Both the position numbers and the translations under genes were made by a program. Under the pieces are notes generated by a model. It was not told the origin of the DNA, made no database searches, and worked only from the letters and a program-made list of their open reading frames with translations. From the human T2T-CHM13v2.0 reference genome, Homo sapiens, in the NCBI RefSeq assembly GCF_009914755.1, contig NC_060947.1: a stretch of DNA of 64,000 nt; one strand, given 5' to 3'. Below, in pieces: positions 58,958 through 64,000 of this stretch (its first letter is position 1; the number at the start of each line of letters is the position of its first letter).

Positions 58958-61900
58958 TTTCTTCTTTTCTTTTTAAATGAAGGCAAGTTTATTAGAAAAG
59001 TAAAAGAATAAAAGAATTGCTACTCCACAGACAGAGCAGCCCCAAGGGCTGCTGGTTGCTCATTTTTATGGTTATTTCTTGATGATATGCTAAACAAGGA
59101 GTGAATTATTCATGCCTCCCCTTTTTAGACCATATAGGGTAACTTCCTGACATCACCATGGCATTTGTAAACTGTCATGGCGCTGGCAGGAGTGTAGCAG
59201 TGAGAATGACCAGAAGTCACTCTCATCACCATCTTGTTTTTGGTGGGTTTGGGCCAGCTTCTTTACTGCAACCTGTTTTATCAGCAAGGTCTTTATGACC
59301 TGTATCTTGTGCTGACCTCCTGTCTCATCCTGTGACTTAGAATGTTTAACCATCTGGGAATGCAGCCCAGTAGGTCTCAGCCTCATTTTACCCAGCCCCT
59401 ATTCAAGATGGAGTTGTTTTGGTTCAAATGCCTCTGACATTTCCCTGCTCCCTTTTACAAGAGAACCCTTAATCCTAAGGGTTGCAAAGGGATGAAAATC
59501 CATCTTCTGTAACTTCTTTATGCTGAACAGGGGAGATGATATTCCTACCTAACTACTGGGTCTCTTGCATTCAGGGTAGAGAGGAGTTCGGTTAGAAAGT
59601 GTCGGTATGTTGAAGGCCATTCATAACTCTTGAGTTTCAACAAAAGGTGATATCTGGAAGATTAATAAGTGTTCAGTTTAGGGAAACATTCAGTAAGCTT
59701 GTCCTGCATTCCTACACAAAGACTATAACAGCAATATATTCAACAACAGGAAAGCAAAATAAGTAAAATTATCTCTAGTAAATTAAATTAGAAAAGGCTT
59801 TCCATGAACTGGACAATTGTTGGAACCAAGTTGATATGGGGTTGCTAGCCCATCCCAATATGTGCCCAGAATTAGAATACAGATCCAGATTTTTACATCA
59901 CCCATCCCTCTTCTTTCTTCTGAATAGCAGTCAGAGGTCACTGGTTTGTTCACAGGAATAAGCAGGGTTAGTCTAAATTGAAGAAAAAAGTCCCAGAACA
60001 ACTGATGAGACTAGAATCTATTAACATGTGTACCACAGTGTTCGAAAGAGTTTTTCTATCTCCAGTCTCCCATTTTTATTAAAAACAAATCATGGTAAGA
60101 CCAATTTACTTTCTTATACTTGGCCTGATCATTCATATAAAGTGCAGCAAGAATAATTATTTTTAAATTAGCTTTGATGGAACTCTGTTCCATCGAAAGA
60201 ATCTCAGATAAGACTTTTTTTCCATTTTTTTTTGACAGAGTCTCGCTCTGTCACCCAGGCTGGAGTGCAGTGGCATGATCTTGGCTCACTGCAACCTCCC
60301 CTCCCGGGTTCAAGCAATTCTCCGCCTCAGCCTCCCAAGTAGCTGGGATTACAGGTGCCTGCCACCACACCCAGCTAATTTTTTGTATTTTTAGTAGAGA
60401 TGGGGTTTCACCATCTTGGCCAGGCAGGTCTTGAACTCCTGACCCCGTGATCTACCCGCCTCCGCCTCTGCCTCCAAAAGTGCTGGGATTATAGGCGTGA
60501 GCCCTGAAGACTTTTTTTTTTTTTAAAGCCAAGCCCAGCTGTGGGTTTATACTCTCAAATACTTACGAGTTGGGTAAATTCCTCTTCTCTTGAGGTCCTA
60601 AGATAACTGGGGGCACCTGGGCCTGTGAGAAAGTGACATGCTTTACTTACCACGGGTCAGGAACCCTGTACAGGGACTGTATAGACAACCTATGAGGCCA
60701 GTTTTCCCAAGGGGCTTTTATTGGCTCTATAAGTCAAGTTTTTTTCCTTAAAGGAAAGCACCCTATTCTCGTCAAAGCCTTGGTAAAATAACCAGTTTCC
60801 CCATATGCTCCAAATTGTGTTCATAGGTGTATACTTTACTTAATTGTTAAAAGCTTTAAATAGCTCAAAAGTTTCCTTGACTCTGGAAAACAAAACAAAG
60901 GATCAGCAACATTTTAAGCAAACAGCCAAGATTACTTCAAACTTCTATTAGCGCAATACATGCAGTTAGCTCCTGTCCTGTTTGATATTCATGAACATTT
61001 CAGCTGTCCATGAGTCCTGAAAGTTTTTCCTCTATCTGAATGTCACACTCTCCAAAGTTATCAGAAAACCTGCATTTAATAACACTTGTTAGGGTTCTAT
61101 AGGTGATTATAAAACCACCTTCTGAAGAGTATTAAAACAAGATAACAATTGTCTGTGGATGACAAAATTTTAGGACAGCCACTATTAAAGCCACAATGGA
61201 CAAAAAAATTTTGATTACCTCTGTGGTATACAACAATTTTACATAGCAATTATAACTATTGATAACACACACTAAGTTATATCAGAATTATAGGAGCTTC
61301 CATAATTTTGGAATACATGCCAATAACATATTTATACAAACACAGCCCAAAGAAGGCCAAACACCATTTCATATTTGACAATGCTTCCTGTATGACTTTT
61401 ATACCAAATAAGCCAAAAGTCACTTTTGGACTTTAGGTGACCTAATATCTAAAAGATTAATTAGGTCAGAAAAAGACATATTTTATAATTTGATTTTGGG
61501 AAGCTTGTCAAATATCAAAGGTTTAAAACACTAGATATCACAAAATAGAATCCCAGGTGACCATAAGTCATTCATTTTGCCAAAATAATAACTTAAAAAA
61601 TTTTTAAAAGGCAAAACCCCTTACTCATGAAGAGGGAAGACCTAGCTTTCCAAACAATGTCTCTTTTCTTTCCCCTCTTTTCCTGTAGTTTATTTAAAAG
61701 GCAAACAAAAATCTTTCATTATTTTTTAATAAAACATGAAAATCCTGTTCAAGAGAGAAAGCCACATTTCACCCTTTCCATTAATGCACTATTGATGTTA
61801 AACCCAATTCTTAATAAAACCTTATACACAAATCTATCCAATTTTAAAGTCTCATCATAAAGTAAGATTCTTATAAACCCTTGAAAAATTTTTGTTAAAG

Positions 61901-63360
61901 AGCAGATGAGTGCTTTATGAAAAGCCTGTTGTGCTTTTATTCCAATGTTCAATTTACAGAAAAACTGAATACCCTTTAATGTTAGCCAATATGTTCACAC
62001 ACAGAATTTCTTTTACAAGATTAATTTTTCACAAACCTTCCACAACTTGCTCAAATCTTCAGCTTTTTCCTACCTAACTTAAAACAATCCTTTAACCTTC
62101 TAAAAAAAATCCACATTCTCATGCCTTCTTTTAATCTTTTACCAAAAACACATTTCACTTTCCTTACACACCTTGCTTGTAAAACTGTTTTTATTTCCCC
62201 AAAATTACTAAAGTAATGTGAACTAAAAGGCATTATGCTTTTTATTTTTCTGATAAAATATTTAAGCACTATTTTTAAGCCAATTAATCAAAGCTCTTTC
62301 ATAAACATCACACACACAACACATATAAATACACAGACAGAAGAATAACCAGTAGTTGTTAAGATTTTTCATTTGCCAGTTTCTTAAGTTTCTTTTAAAA
62401 GATGCAGTTTGTAGGGCCTATTAAGCAGGCACAGCTGAAAGGCAAAAACAGATTCCCCAAAATTAAGGTCCCATTTTTATACCAGATCCTGGATCCCAAA
62501 AAGAGGGAATTAGCCCATCTCCCATGGGACCCTTATCTCTCAGTGGGGGAATATCTCCATACCTTCCAGGTGGCCAGGAGCATGCTTTTCTAATCCAAAC
62601 ATGCAAAGAGCCACATATTGCCTCATGACTGCCATTAGCCATCCATAAAAGTATATTTCCTACCTTGTTATTACACAGCAAAGCTCTCTTATAATGTGAA
62701 GTAATTTCTGATACCTCAAAAAGTAAAAAACGTCAGATAATGCAATGCAAAACAGAACAGAACCTTAGATTTGGAAAGGGATCTATCTGCTTTCAATTCC
62801 TTGGGTTTTACAAAGAAAACAGAGGAGGTTTTTTCCCAAAACAGGGTCTGTGGCACCTCCTCTGTTTTTCCTCAAGAAGTCCAGGCTATTAGAGCTTGAA
62901 TATCCGCTTTTAATTAAGCTGACTTTTAACCATAATGCTCTTTTTAAAAAGTTCTTTTAAATTTCTTATTACCCAACTTTAGCCAGGCCAAATGACCAAT
63001 ATTTCTGGCTCAGAGAAAGGAAAATTCAAGACAGTTCTTGGAGGAGAAGAGAATTAAAAAATGGTAAATCTTACCCAGATATCAATCAGAAAGGACTCAT
63101 TCCCTAAGCCAGGAATTGAATCCGGGCAGCCATTATAATACGGCAAAACCTTAGCTGCCGAGCTATAGCACTGGGCAGTTTCCACTCCTCTTCTCAGAAG
63201 GAGCCTAGGACAGCCAATTTTGAGCTTGCAAAAGTTTTTAACTGCTCGAGATAATGTTTAGGGCTAACTGATATGAACCCCAAAATTCCTGTTCCCTGGA
63301 TGGCAGAGACCGAGAGAAGGTACTGCCACGTGTTACAAAGTCAAGCTCTCAAGGACATTT
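58958..63360 (-). mobile_element. MER41A 3' LTR lacking U5 (58975-59439) plus MER41/MER4-group internal sequence; Alu at 60215-60503
   Basis: - strand tgtcagaggcatttgaacc...; purine tract at ~59440-59457; the LTR stops in an A-rich tail after AATAAA. Confidence 0.85.
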
Positions 63361-63382
63361 TTCAACATGTAGTCTCGGCATA

Positions 63383-64000
63383 AGCTGAAAGCATTCCCCT
63401 TGAGAATTGCAATGAGACAAGAATGCCCTCTCCCACCACTGCTATTCAACATAGCACTGGAAGTCCTCGCCAGAGCAATCAGGCAAGAGAAGTAAATAAA
63501 AGCATCCAAATAGGAAGAGAGGAAGTCAAACTATCTCTCTTCGCAAATGATATAATTTTAAACCAAGGAAACTCCGTAGTCTCTGCCCAAAGGCTCCTAG
63601 ATCTGACAAACTACTTCAGCAAAGTTTCAGGATACAATAATCAGTAGTATTTCTAGACATCAATAACATCCAAGCTGAAAGCCCAGTGAAGAATGCAATC
63701 CCATTCACAATTGCCACAAAATGAAGAAAATGCCTATAGGGATACAGCTAACCAGGGAGGTGAAAGATCTCTACAAGGAAAATTACAAAACATTGCTCAA
63801 AGATATCAGAGATGACACAAACAAATGGAGAGACATTCCATCCTCATGAATGGGAAGAATCAATATCATTAAAATGACCATACTGCCCAAAGCAATTTGC
63901 AGATTCAATGCTATTACTATCAAACTACTAATGTCATTTTTCTCAGAATTAGAAAAAAAGCAAAACGAACAAAGCCAGAGGTATCACACTACCCGACTTC
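63383..64000 (+). mobile_element. L1 ORF2 fragment running off the window
   Basis: [17 protein letters not shown]...[11 protein letters not shown]-like RT region; degraded. Confidence 0.9.

Noticed and set aside
58975-59439. MER41 as an interferon-gamma/STAT1 enhancer
   Set aside because: The sequence reads aaaaaggggaggcatgaataa on the - strand, lacking the tandem GAS segment of MER41B; this is the MER41A form.

Overview
Primate, most likely human, genomic DNA from Xq28. The + strand carries the 3' half of ZNF185: six coding exons ending in a LIM domain, then a separate 3'-UTR exon ending near 21.9 kb. The - strand carries the whole PNMA5 gene, a domesticated Gag/capsid gene with a single-exon 448-aa CDS (38691-40037) and a CpG-island promoter near 42.5 kb. 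The rest is dense in repeats: Alu, L1, L2, MIR, MaLR, several ERV LTRs and a nested, degraded ERV1 gag-pro-pol provirus at ~47.8-58.9 kb. The strongest signal is an in-frame G_GGA_AAC -1 frameshift site with a pseudoknot at the end of PNMA5. It opens a ~192-codon transframe extension that contains a second in-phase G_GGA_AAC. Also notable are a near-identical ~325-bp inverted copy flanking five ZNF185 exons, a 2-kb array of hairpin-forming 45-bp units with an 89-bp higher-order core, an intronic CpG promoter in ZNF185, and several unusual ERV rearrangements. Repeat family names come from recalled consensus sequences and were not searched.
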